Assembly: GCA_041492755.1 (NCBI GenBank)
Contig: JBGPXN010000171.1
Location: 1 to 10,010, forward strand
Length of the DNA stretch: 10,010 bases
Reading direction: 5' to 3'
Origin: Candidatus Methylomirabilia bacterium
Lineage (GTDB): Bacteria > Methylomirabilota > Methylomirabilia > Rokubacteriales > CSP1-6
Each line of letters opens with the position of its first letter. Within the stretch, counting starts at the first letter, position 1. A program made the translations under genes and the position numbers. Of this stretch, positions 1 to 7,975 are shown in pieces. The notes under the pieces are model-generated. The model was not told the origin of the DNA, did not search any database, and saw nothing but the letters and a program-made list of their open reading frames with translations.

Positions 1-565
1 CATGCGCTGGCTCGGCGACGAGAACAGCCGGCGCCCCGTCACCGAGCGGCTCCTCTACGGCATCCTGCTCGTGAAGGCCGTCGCGCTCGCCCTGCACGAC
101 GTTCCGGAGCTCAACGCGGTGTGGCGGGGTGACCGCGCCGAACCGAGCCCGGCTGTTCACGTCGGTGTCGCCATCTCGCTGCGCGGCGGCGGGCTGATCG
201 CGCCGGCGCTGCACGACGCCGACCGCCGGCCCGTGGGCGAGCTGATGCGCGCGCTTCGCGACCTCGTGCAGCGGGCCCGCACGGGGGGTCTGCGCAGCTC
301 CGAGCTGTCCGATCCGACGATCACGGTGACGAGCCTCGGCGAGCAGGGGGTGGAGACGGTCCTGGGCGTCGTGTATCCGCCGCAGGTCGCCATCGTCGGC
401 TTCGGTCGGGTCGTCGAGCGGCCGTGGGTCGTCGACGGCGCCGTCGTCGCGCGCCCGCTCGTCACGGCGACGCTCTCGGCCGATCATCGCGTGAGCGATG
501 GGCATCGCGGGGGCCTGTTCCTGGCCGCGGTGGACCGCCTGCTGCAGGCGCCGGAGCGGCTGTGA
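1..565 (+). CDS. pdhC: 2-oxoacid (pyruvate) dehydrogenase E2 dihydrolipoamide acyltransferase, C-terminal catalytic domain; probably 5'-truncated by the window edge
   Basis: Translation shows [35 protein letters not shown] and the catalytic [11 protein letters not shown] (DHRxxDG) motif. No lipoyl domain is in view, so the true start is probably upstream. Confidence 0.92.
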   Translation, partial: MRWLGDENSRRPVTERLLYGILLVKAVALALHDVPELNAVWRGDRAEPSPAVHVGVAISLRGGGLIAPALHDADRRPVGELMRALRDLVQRARTGGLRSSELSDPTITVTSLGEQGVETVLGVVYPPQVAIVGFGRVVERPWVVDGAVVARPLVTATLSADHRVSDGHRGGLFLAAVDRLLQAPERL

Positions 566-810
566 CGAGCGACGACCTCCGCGCCACCGTGCTGCGGACG
601 CTCGGCGAGATCGCGCCCGAGGCCGATCTCGCCGCGCTCGCGCCGGACGTACCGTTCCGCGAGCAGCTCGACCTGGACTCGATGGACCTGCTGAACTTCG
701 TCGTGGCGCTGCACGCCGCGGTCGGCGTGGACATCCCCGAGGCGGACTATGCGAAGCTCGGGACGCTGGACGCATGCGTCGCGTACCTCGACGCGAGGAG
801 AAATCGATGA
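562..810 (+). CDS. Acyl carrier protein (phosphopantetheine-binding), 82 aa
   Basis: GTG start at 562 overlaps the E2 stop (GTGA), with GGAG at 553-556. Acidic protein [22 protein letters not shown]... with the LDLDSMD attachment motif and GVDIPEAD...TL helix pattern. Confidence 0.92.
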   Translation: MTSDDLRATVLRTLGEIAPEADLAALAPDVPFREQLDLDSMDLLNFVVALHAAVGVDIPEADYAKLGTLDACVAYLDARRNR

Positions 811-981
811 AGCCGCTGCCCCATCGCCTTCGGCGTCTTCAATCTCGTCAGCGGGGGAGCGCTCCTTCTGGCCAGTGTCATCGCGGGCGCGCTCTGGAGC
901 ACATCGGGTCCGTCCGCCACGTTCGTTGCCGGGGCCGCCTTCGCGGCGGTTGCGGCCGTCGGGTTGCTCGTCCGTCGCTGA
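807..981 (+). pseudogene. Chimeric remnant: gene start MKPLPHR (OsmC-like N-terminus) joined out of frame to the last two TM helices of an MFS transporter
   Basis: AGGAG 796-800 and ATG 807 overlap the ACP stop (ATGA). From 826 a different frame reads AFGVFNLVSGGALLLASVIAGALWSTSGPSATFVAGAAFAAVAAVGLLVRR* (stop 979-981), a typical MFS C-terminus without its own start codon. Confidence 0.7.
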
Positions 982-1042
982 TGGCTGAGCAAGATCGGGA
1001 CCGGACCGCAAGTGCTCGTTACCGCGTGCGAGCCCCCGCGGC

Positions 1043-1075
1043 GAGGCACCGGCGGTGAGGCACCGGCGGTGAGGC
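1043..1075. repeat. Tandem 14-bp direct repeat GAGGCACCGGCGGT x2 plus partial third copy
   Basis: Identical copies at 1043-1056 and 1057-1070, followed by GAGGC at 1071-1075. Confidence 0.9.
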
Positions 1076-1107
1076 GCCACCGCCTCACGACGGGGCGTGG
1101 CGCCCCA
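1070..1107. promoter_or_regulatory. Putative upstream activator sequence: two 18-bp palindromic sites
   Basis: TGAGG-cgccaccg-CCTCA (1070-1087) and ACGGG-gcgtggcg-CCCCA (1090-1107), 20-bp period. The same arrangement recurs at 7885-7922. Confidence 0.65.
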
Positions 1108-1158
1108 GCTCCGAGCGGACGGCGACGCGCAAGTGCGTGGACTCGTTGAGCCCACGCG

Positions 1159-1174
1159 TGGCGCGATCCTTGCC
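1159..1174 (+). promoter_or_regulatory. Sigma-54 (-24/-12) promoter P1 for the cytochrome c / DUF6448-like remnant / ppsA unit
   Basis: TGGCGCGATCCTTGCC: GG-N10-GC with TGGC and TTGC cores. Intergenic, just upstream of the SD GGAGGT at 1187-1192. Confidence 0.8.
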
Positions 1175-1198
1175 TGTTTCGGCACCGGAGGTGCGCGG

Positions 1199-1675
1199 AT
1201 GCGTCGGGTGTTGCTCTTGCTGGGAGCGCTTGTTGTAGGTCTGCTGGTCGCGATCCAGTTCATTCCATACGGACGCAACCACGTCAATCCGCCGGTCCTG
1301 CAGGAGCCTCGGTGGGACCGGCCCGAGACGCGGGCGCTCACCGTGCGCGCCTGCTTCGACTGCCACAGTAACGAAACCGTGTGGCCCTGGTATTCGCACG
1401 TCGCGCCCTTGTCGTGGCTGGTCCAGCGTGACGTGCTCGAGGGCCGCCGGACGCTGAACTTCTCGGAATGGAATCGACGTCAGGAGGCCCGTGAATCGAT
1501 CAAGACGATTCACGAGGGCGAGATGCCGCCGTGGCTCTACGCGCTCCCCGGAACGACCGCGCGTTTGAAGGCGGGCGAGCGTGCCACGCTGATCGCCGGG
1601 CTGGAGGCAACGTTCGATACCAATCCGCCCCGGCCGAGCGGGGGCGGCTATGAGAGCCGCGAGGGCAGCGAGTGA
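1199..1675 (+). CDS. Membrane-anchored monoheme cytochrome c (Haem_bd / heme-binding domain protein), 158 aa
   Basis: SD GGAGGT then ATG 1199. N-terminal hydrophobic helix ending AIQFIP, CxxCH (CFDCH), SNETVWPWYSHVAPLSWLV, LNFSEW and MPP with the probable distal Met ligand. Confidence 0.9.
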   Translation: MRRVLLLLGALVVGLLVAIQFIPYGRNHVNPPVLQEPRWDRPETRALTVRACFDCHSNETVWPWYSHVAPLSWLVQRDVLEGRRTLNFSEWNRRQEARESIKTIHEGEMPPWLYALPGTTARLKAGERATLIAGLEATFDTNPPRPSGGGYESREGSE

Positions 1676-1689
1676 GAGAGGAGACGGCG

Positions 1690-1872
1690 ATGCCGCCACA
1701 TTGTGACGCCCTCGACGGACCGGTCGTGGCCGCGGCCCAGCGCGCGCTCGAGACGGGCGACGTCGGATTCGTTCTGCCCTATGTGTCAAAGACTTATCAA
1801 GGCGGCCAGAGCGACGCCTCACGTCGAAGGGCACGTCCACGCGTGAAGGGGCCGTTCCGGGCCGGCGCATGA
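1690..1872 (+). pseudogene. Collapsed DUF6448-like gene
   Basis: SD GAGGAG 1678-1683 and ATG 1690. MPPHCDALDGPVVAAAQRALETGDVGFVLPYV matches the family N-terminus as I recall it (HCDxLDGPVV); similarity stops after about 32 codons. A His-rich tail AARATPHVEGHVHA* lies in another frame at 1802-1846. Confidence 0.7.
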
Positions 1873-4295
1873 CGCGATTCATCCGGGAGTTCGAGGAGAT
1901 CTCGCACGGCGACGTCGCGCTCGTCGGCGGGAAGACCGCGTCGCTCGGCGAGCTCTACAACCGTTTGCGCGCGGCCGGTGTGCGCGTGCCGGGCGGCTTC
2001 GCGATCACCGCGGACGCGTACACCGCCATCCTCGACCACGGTCGATTGCACGAGCCCCTCCGGCGAATCCTCGCGGGCGTGGACGGCCGCGACGTCGGGC
2101 GGCTGGCGGAGGCGGGCGCCGAGATCCGCCGACTCGTAGAGACCGCGTCCTGGCCGGGCGAGCTGACGGCGTCGGTGACCGACGCGTACGGAACGCTGGC
2201 GGACTCCGCGGCGCCGATGCCCGCGGTCGCCGTGCGCTCGAGCGCCACCGCGGAAGATCTGCCGGAGGCCAGCTTCGCGGGCCAGCACGAGACGTATCTC
2301 GGCGTGTCCGGCGTCCCGGCGCTGCTCGCGGCGTGCCGGCGCTGCTTCGCCTCGCTCTTCACCGATCGGGCGATCTCCTACCGGATCCACCACGGCTTCG
2401 ATCACATGGCGGTGCGCCTGTCCATTGCCGTGCAACGCATGGTGCGGGCGGATCTGGGGGCGGCGGGTGTGATGTTCACCCTCGAGCCCGAAAGCGGTTC
2501 GGCCAACGTCGTCGTCATCAACGCGGCCTACGGACTCGGCGATCTCGTCGTGAGCGGCGGCGTCGACCCGGACGAGCTGTGGCTCTTCAAAGGCGCGCTC
2601 GATCGTGGCGCGCACGCCATCATCCGCCGCACGGTCGGCCGCAAGGACGTCAAGCTCGTGCTGGATGACGCGGGCCGGCCGCAGCGAGCCGACGTGGCCG
2701 CGGCCGACCGCGCACGGCTGTGCCTCAGCGATGCGGAAGCGGTCGAGCTGGTGCGGATGGCGGTCGCCATCGAGCGCCACTACGCCACACTCCGCGGCGG
2801 TCCGTCGCCGATGGACATCGAGTGGGCTCGGGACGGTGTCGACGGCCGCCTCTACATTCTTCAGGCGCGGCCGGAGACCGTGCACGGGTCGAAGACCACC
2901 GCGGTGGTGGACGTGTTCGAGCTCAGCCCGTGGCCGGACGTGGCGCCCCTCGTGACGGGTCGAGCCGTCGGGCACCAGGTGGGGACCGGGCCCGCGCGAT
3001 GCGTTCGCGGCGCCGCCGACCTGCCGGCGTTCCAGCCCGGTGAGGTGCTCGTCTCCGCGCAGACGGATCCGCACTGGGAGCCGGTGATGAAGCGCGCGAG
3101 CGCGATCGTGACCGATCGTGGCGGGCGCACCTGTCACGCCGCGATCGTCAGCCGCGAGCTCGGTATTCCCTGCGTCGTCGGCACCGAGCGCGGGACGGCT
3201 GTCATCGCGGACGGGCAGACCGTCACCGTGTCGTGCGCCCAGGGCGAAACGGGCTTCGTCTACGCCGGTGCCATGCCCTTCGAGCGTCGCACCGTGGACC
3301 TGGCCGGACTGCCGGCCACGCGCACCGCGGTGATGGTGAACGTCGGCAATCCCGACGAGGCGTTCCGCGTGGCCGCGCTGCCCGCCCGGGGCGTCGGGCT
3401 GGCCCGGATCGAGTTCATCATCTCGAACACGGTTCGCGTGCATCCGCTCGCGCTGCTCCATCCCGACCGCGTGACGGACGCCGCCGCGCGGGCGGCCATC
3501 GCGCGGCTCGTGAGCGGCTACGCCGATCCTGCCGCCTATTTCGTCGACCGGCTCGCCGGCGGCGTGGCCCTCATCGCGGCCGCGTTCCATCCCCGCGAGG
3601 TCATCGTCCGGCTCTCGGACTTCAAGTCGAACGAGTACGCGGGACTGCTCGGCGGGCGGGACTTCGAGCCCGCGGAGGAGAATCCGATGCTCGGCTTCCG
3701 CGGCGCCTATCGCTACGCGCATCCGCGCTACCGCGAGGCGTTCGCGCTCGAATGCCGGGCCATGAAGCGCGTCCGGGACGACGTCGGGCTCGAGAACGTG
3801 AAGCTGATGGTGCCGTTCTGTCGGACACCGGCCGAAGGGCGGCGCGTGCTCGACGTCATGGCCGCCCATGGGCTCCGGCGCGGGGAGCGGGGACTCGAGG
3901 TGTACGTGATGTGCGAGATTCCGTCGAACGTCGTGCTGGCCGCGGAGTTCGCCGAGGTGTTCGACGGCTTCTCCATCGGCTCGAACGACCTCACGCAGCT
4001 CGTGCTCGGCGTGGACCGCGATTCGGAGATCGTCGCGCCCGTCTTCGACGAGCGGAATCCGGCTGTCCTGCGCATGGTGGCCGAGGTGATCGCCGCCGCG
4101 CGCGCCGCCGGCCGCAAGATCGGTATCTGCGGCCAGGCGCCCAGCGACTACCCCGAGTTCACACGCTTCCTCGTCGAACACGGGATCGACAGCATCTCAC
4201 TGAGTCCAGATGCGTTCGTCCGGGGTCTCGAAGTCGTGGCCGAGGCGGAGCGCGCGAGCGCGGCGGCCGGCTCGGCGCCCGGGACCCACGCGTGA
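1869..4295 (+). CDS. ppsA: Phosphoenolpyruvate synthase (pyruvate, water dikinase), 808 aa
   Basis: VGGK, VAVRSSATAEDLPEASFAGQ, DIEW, LQARPETV, phospho-His motif GGRTCHAAIVSRELG, RLSDFKSNEY, EENPMLGFRG, FSIGSNDLTQ and GICGQAPSDYPEF. Confidence 0.97.
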   Translation: MTRFIREFEEISHGDVALVGGKTASLGELYNRLRAAGVRVPGGFAITADAYTAILDHGRLHEPLRRILAGVDGRDVGRLAEAGAEIRRLVETASWPGELTASVTDAYGTLADSAAPMPAVAVRSSATAEDLPEASFAGQHETYLGVSGVPALLAACRRCFASLFTDRAISYRIHHGFDHMAVRLSIAVQRMVRADLGAAGVMFTLEPESGSANVVVINAAYGLGDLVVSGGVDPDELWLFKGALDRGAHAIIRRTVGRKDVKLVLDDAGRPQRADVAAADRARLCLSDAEAVELVRMAVAIERHYATLRGGPSPMDIEWARDGVDGRLYILQARPETVHGSKTTAVVDVFELSPWPDVAPLVTGRAVGHQVGTGPARCVRGAADLPAFQPGEVLVSAQTDPHWEPVMKRASAIVTDRGGRTCHAAIVSRELGIPCVVGTERGTAVIADGQTVTVSCAQGETGFVYAGAMPFERRTVDLAGLPATRTAVMVNVGNPDEAFRVAALPARGVGLARIEFIISNTVRVHPLALLHPDRVTDAAARAAIARLVSGYADPAAYFVDRLAGGVALIAAAFHPREVIVRLSDFKSNEYAGLLGGRDFEPAEENPMLGFRGAYRYAHPRYREAFALECRAMKRVRDDVGLENVKLMVPFCRTPAEGRRVLDVMAAHGLRRGERGLEVYVMCEIPSNVVLAAEFAEVFDGFSIGSNDLTQLVLGVDRDSEIVAPVFDERNPAVLRMVAEVIAAARAAGRKIGICGQAPSDYPEFTRFLVEHGIDSISLSPDAFVRGLEVVAEAERASAAAGSAPGTHA

Positions 4296-4311
4296 CGCTG
4301 GCGAACATGTG

Positions 4312-6858
4312 CTACGCGGCGAACCGCCGCATCAGCGGACGCTTTACCATTTCGACGAGCGCGAGATAGGTCAGCGTCGCCACCGCCAGGAAGACGAAGT
4401 ACCCGGGCGGCAGCGGCACGAAGCCGAGCACCGGACCGAGCGGGGTGAACGGCAGCAGCAGGCCAACCAGCACGATGGCCGTCGTGGTCGCGACCAGCGG
4501 CCAGCTCGGCCGGCTGCGGAGCGGATTGCCGGCCGTGCGGATCACGAAGAGCACGAGCGTCTGGGTGGCCAGGGACTCGACGAACCAGCCGGTGTGGAAG
4601 AGCGCCTCGCCGGCGTGGAACACCGAAAGCAGCACGAAGAACGTGAGGAAGTCGTAGAGCGAGCTGATCGGACCGATCACCAGCATGAACGTGCGGAGCA
4701 TCCCGAGGTCCCAGCGGCGCGGCTTACGGACCAGGCCGGCGTCGACGTTGTCGGTGGGGATCGTCACCTGCGCGAGGTCGTAGAGAAAGTTGTTCAACAA
4801 GATCTGGGTCGGGAGCATCGGCAGGAAGGGCAGGAAGAGGACCGCGCCCGCCATGCTGAACATGTTGCCGAAGTTCGAGCTGGTGCCCATCAGCAGATAC
4901 TTCATGACGTTGGCGAAGGCCCGGCGGCCCGCGACCACACCGTCGTGCAGCACGGCGAGGCTCCGCTCGCCGAGGATGATGTCGGCCGCCTCCTTGGCGA
5001 CGTCCACCGCGTTGACGACCGAGATGCCGACGTCGGCCGCGTGCAGTGACGGCGCGTCGTTGATGCCATCGCCGAGGAAGCCGACGACGTGACCCCGGCT
5101 CTTGAGGGCCAGCACGATCCGGTGCTTTTCGGCGGGAGCGACGCGGGCGAACACGATCGTCCGCTCGGCAACCCGCCCGAGCGTGACGTCGCTCATCGCT
5201 TCCACCTGCTCGCCGAGCACGATGTCGCCGGCGTCGATCCCGACCTGCGCGCAGACGTGTCGGGCCACGAGCTCGCTGTCGCCAGTGAGGATCTTCACGG
5301 CCACGCCGTCGCGGGCGAGCGCCTGCAGCGCCTCGGTGACGCCGGGCATGGGGGGATCGGAGAACGCGACGAAGCCGGCCAGCGTCATGCCGTGCTCATC
5401 GGCGATCGCGTACGCCGCCTGGGGCGGCACCTCGCGATAGGCGACCGCGAGCACGCGGTAGCCGGCGGCGCTCAGCTCGGCGTGGACGGTCAGCGAGCGC
5501 GCCCGCGCCGTCGCGTCGAGCCGCGCGCTCACGCCACCCGCGTCGTACTGCGCGCACGCCAGCAGGACGCTCTCGGGCGCGCCTTTGGCGATCAGCAGGC
5601 GGCCCTCCGGTCCCTCGACCACGACGGACAGGCGGCGGCGCTCGAAGTCGAACGGGATCTCGTCGAGCTTCCGATACGCCGCGGCGTCCGGCTGGTGGCG
5701 GGCGAGGATCGCCGCGTCCAGCGGGCTCCGGATCCCGGTCTCGAAGTGGCTGTTGAGCGAGGCCAGCTCCAGCGGGCGCTCGGCGGCGCCACCCAGCGGA
5801 TCGAGGGCGCGGTCGAGCACCATCTCGCCCGTCGTCAACGTCCCGGTCTTGTCGCTGCACAGCACGTCGATGCTGCCGAAGTCCTCGATCGCGGAGAGAT
5901 GTTTGACGATGACCTTGCGCCGCGCCATCTGCACGGCGCCCTGAGCGAGAGTCACCGTCGTGATCATGGGCAGGAATTCGGGAATGAGCCCGACGGCCAG
6001 CGCCACCGCGAACAGCACCGCCTCGAACGGGCGATGGTGCACGGCGAGGCCGACCACGATGACGAAGAGCACGAGGAACACCACGGTGCGCATGATGAGC
6101 GCGGCGAACTGGCGGATCCCGCGCTCGAACTCGGTCTCCGGCGGCCGGGCGCCGAGCCGTGCGGCGATGTCGCCGAAGCCCGTCGCCGCTCCGGTCGCCA
6201 CCACCAGCATCACCCCCGTACCGCTCACCACCGAGGTGCCGAGGAACACGAGGTTCGAGGCCTCGGGCAGCGTGCGCGGCGGAGCGGACATCTCCCCCGC
6301 GCGCTTTTCGGTCGGCAGCGACTCGCCCGTGAGCGCGGCCTGCTGCACGTGCAGGTCGCGCGCCTCGAGCAGCCGGCCGTCGGCCGGCACGCGATCACCC
6401 GCGCCGAGGCGAACGAGGTCGCCGGGCACCACGTCGCGGCGCGGAATCTCGATCCACTCGCCGTCGCGCAGCACGGTCGCCGTCGGCGCGGCCACCTCGC
6501 GCAGTCGCTCGGCGGCGCGGTGGGAGCGATGAGTCTGAACGAGGTTCACCACCAGGCTGAGGACGACCATGGCCACGATGATCGTCGCGTTGACGACATC
6601 GCCCAGCGCCGCCGAGACCCCACTCGCGATGAGCAGGATGACGACCAGGGGATTCGCGAGGGCGCTCAGCAGCTCGCGCATCGCCGCCCCGCGCCGGGGG
6701 GGCGCGGGCTCGTTGGGGCCGACCTCGGCGCGCCGGCGGCGCGCCTCGTCGCGCGTCAGACCGCGGGGTGAGGACCGGACGTGGTCGAAGAGAGCGGATA
6801 CCGCGGTCGTCGCGGCAGTCGCGATCGGCGCCTGGAACGCCGCGGGCTCAGACCTCAC
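4312..6858 (-). CDS. mgtA: Magnesium-translocating P-type ATPase (P3B), about 848 aa; exact start uncertain
   Basis: TGES, PEFLPMI, DKTGTLT, KGAPE, GDGINDAP, and the MgtA-typical SSNFGNMFS, PMLPTQILLNNFLYD and FHTGWFVESLATQTLV motifs. Confidence 0.95.
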   Translation of the reverse strand: MRSEPAAFQAPIATAATTAVSALFDHVRSSPRGLTRDEARRRRAEVGPNEPAPPRRGAAMRELLSALANPLVVILLIASGVSAALGDVVNATIIVAMVVLSLVVNLVQTHRSHRAAERLREVAAPTATVLRDGEWIEIPRRDVVPGDLVRLGAGDRVPADGRLLEARDLHVQQAALTGESLPTEKRAGEMSAPPRTLPEASNLVFLGTSVVSGTGVMLVVATGAATGFGDIAARLGARPPETEFERGIRQFAALIMRTVVFLVLFVIVVGLAVHHRPFEAVLFAVALAVGLIPEFLPMITTVTLAQGAVQMARRKVIVKHLSAIEDFGSIDVLCSDKTGTLTTGEMVLDRALDPLGGAAERPLELASLNSHFETGIRSPLDAAILARHQPDAAAYRKLDEIPFDFERRRLSVVVEGPEGRLLIAKGAPESVLLACAQYDAGGVSARLDATARARSLTVHAELSAAGYRVLAVAYREVPPQAAYAIADEHGMTLAGFVAFSDPPMPGVTEALQALARDGVAVKILTGDSELVARHVCAQVGIDAGDIVLGEQVEAMSDVTLGRVAERTIVFARVAPAEKHRIVLALKSRGHVVGFLGDGINDAPSLHAADVGISVVNAVDVAKEAADIILGERSLAVLHDGVVAGRRAFANVMKYLLMGTSSNFGNMFSMAGAVLFLPFLPMLPTQILLNNFLYDLAQVTIPTDNVDAGLVRKPRRWDLGMLRTFMLVIGPISSLYDFLTFFVLLSVFHAGEALFHTGWFVESLATQTLVLFVIRTAGNPLRSRPSWPLVATTTAIVLVGLLLPFTPLGPVLGFVPLPPGYFVFLAVATLTYLALVEMVKRPLMRRFAA

Positions 6859-6862
6859 GTAG

Positions 6863-7234
6863 CTATGGAGCGGGCAGGAGCTCGTTGGTGAGCTGCACGA
6901 GCGCCGGCACCGAAAACGGCTTGGTCACGTACGCGGCGACGCCGGCGGCCAGCGCCTCCTTCCGGGATTTGTCCGAGCCGAACCCGGTGACGACGACCAC
7001 CGGCGGTGGCGTGTGCAACGCCCGAGCCGCGCGCACGATCTCCAGTCCGTCGCCATCGGGCAGGCGCAGGTCCGCGATGACCAGCGCAGGCGATTCGGCG
7101 TGCAGCGCGGCGAGCGCTTCCTGCACCGTCCCGGCCACGACGATGCGATAGCCGGGACGCGCGAGGATCCGCCGGTACGTCGACAGGAAGTCGGCCTCGT
7201 CGTCCACGACCAGGATCGTGGGTTGCACGGTCAT
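6863..7234 (-). CDS. Stand-alone response regulator receiver (CheY-like), 123 aa
   Basis: ILVVDDE acidic pocket, phosphoacceptor in IADLRLPDGDG, conserved Thr (VVTG) and KPF. No output domain. Confidence 0.92.
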   Translation of the reverse strand: MTVQPTILVVDDEADFLSTYRRILARPGYRIVVAGTVQEALAALHAESPALVIADLRLPDGDGLEIVRAARALHTPPPVVVVTGFGSDKSRKEALAAGVAAYVTKPFSVPALVQLTNELLPAP

Positions 7235-7284
7235 GCCACCCGCGCCGAGGCGAGCGCGTGCCGATGCATTGAAGCCTCGCCGAC

Positions 7285-7731
7285 TCAGCGGCTCCGCACG
7301 GTGAGCACGGGGCAGGGCGCGGTGCCGACGACACGCTCCGCAACGCTGCCGAGCAGGACACGGGCGAAGCCCGTCCGGCCGTGAGTCCCCATGATGATGA
7401 CGTCGGCGTGCTGCGACTTCGCCGCCCGCGTGATCTGCGTGGCCGGTACGCCCTCCAGGAGCACGGTTCGCGCGCGGGCGCCGGCCTTGCGGGCACGGGC
7501 GATGACGGCATCGAGCTGCTTCTGGGCGTGCTGGCGCGCCGAGCGCTGGAAGTCTTCGTAGACCTTGGGTGACATGTAACCGTCGACCATCATCGGCATG
7601 ACCACCGGCAACACATGCGCGATCACCAGCTCGGCCTTCTGAGCGCGCGCCATCTCGATGGCCCGCGCGAGGGCCGCGCGGCCAGGCGGAGAGAAATCGG
7701 TCGGATGCAGGACGCGCCGGATCTTCTTCAT
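7285..7731 (-). CDS. Universal stress protein (single USP domain, ATP-binding type), 148 aa
   Basis: SD AAGGAGG precedes ATG 7731. RRVLHPTDFS N-terminus and the G-x2-G-x9-GS motif in MGTHGRTGFARVLLGSVAERVV...APCPVLTV. Confidence 0.95.
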   Translation of the reverse strand: MKKIRRVLHPTDFSPPGRAALARAIEMARAQKAELVIAHVLPVVMPMMVDGYMSPKVYEDFQRSARQHAQKQLDAVIARARKAGARARTVLLEGVPATQITRAAKSQHADVIIMGTHGRTGFARVLLGSVAERVVGTAPCPVLTVRSR

Positions 7732-7816
7732 CGCGTGAAGCCTCCTTCTCGTGTCATTCCATCGGCCCTGCTTCCTCCTCGTCTGTTCGAGGCCGTCCAT
7801 CGTCATGCGCCGTTGG

Positions 7817-7832
7817 TGCAACGACGCTGCCA
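7817..7832 (-). promoter_or_regulatory. Sigma-54 (-24/-12) promoter P2 for usp / receiver / mgtA
   Basis: Minus strand TGGCAGCGTCGTTGCA: GG-N10-GC with TGGCA and TTGCA cores, about 85 bp upstream of the usp start. Confidence 0.85.
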
Positions 7833-7884
7833 CGCCTGATGCGAAGGGAAACAGCGGGTTAAGGACGTCTCCAGATTCGACCGG

Positions 7885-7922
7885 TGGGGCTCCACGACCC
7901 CGGCTGGGTCACGGCGGCCCCA
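7885..7922. promoter_or_regulatory. Putative shared upstream activator sequence between divergent sigma-54 promoters
   Basis: TGGGG-ctccacga-CCCCG (7885-7902) and TGGGT-cacggcgg-CCCCA (7905-7922), 20-bp period. Lies 54 bp from the P2 GG and 55 bp from the P3 GG. Confidence 0.7.
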
Positions 7923-7975
7923 GCGGCGCGGACGGCGGCCGCGTGGAAACGCTCGATATCTCGGGCGCCCGCGCG

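Noticed and set aside
808..981. UGA readthrough (selenocysteine) giving an ACP-membrane fusion, since the MFS tail is in frame with ACP
   Set aside because: ACP is complete at normal length, no SECIS could be supported, and a deletion scar explains the frame by chance.
1043..1088. Repeats as a CRISPR array or intrinsic terminator
   Set aside because: Units are 14 bp with no spacers and no cas genes. The hairpin has no U-tract and fits the recurring UAS motif better.
1787..1800. Possible Fnr/FixK box upstream of ppsA
   Set aside because: Only the ATCAA half-site is present (CAAAG-actt-ATCAA) and it lies within remnant coding sequence.
1797..4181. 794-aa minus-strand ORF
   Set aside because: Antisense shadow of ppsA. 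No recognisable motifs, and long shadow ORFs are expected in high-GC coding DNA.
4299..4312. Sigma-54-like TGGCGAACATGTGC between ppsA and mgtA
   Set aside because: GG-to-GC spacing is 9 rather than 10, it lies between convergent gene ends, and there is no UAS.
4210..6771. Long plus-strand ORFs 4210-5049 and 5089-6771
   Set aside because: Antisense shadows of mgtA with no family motifs.
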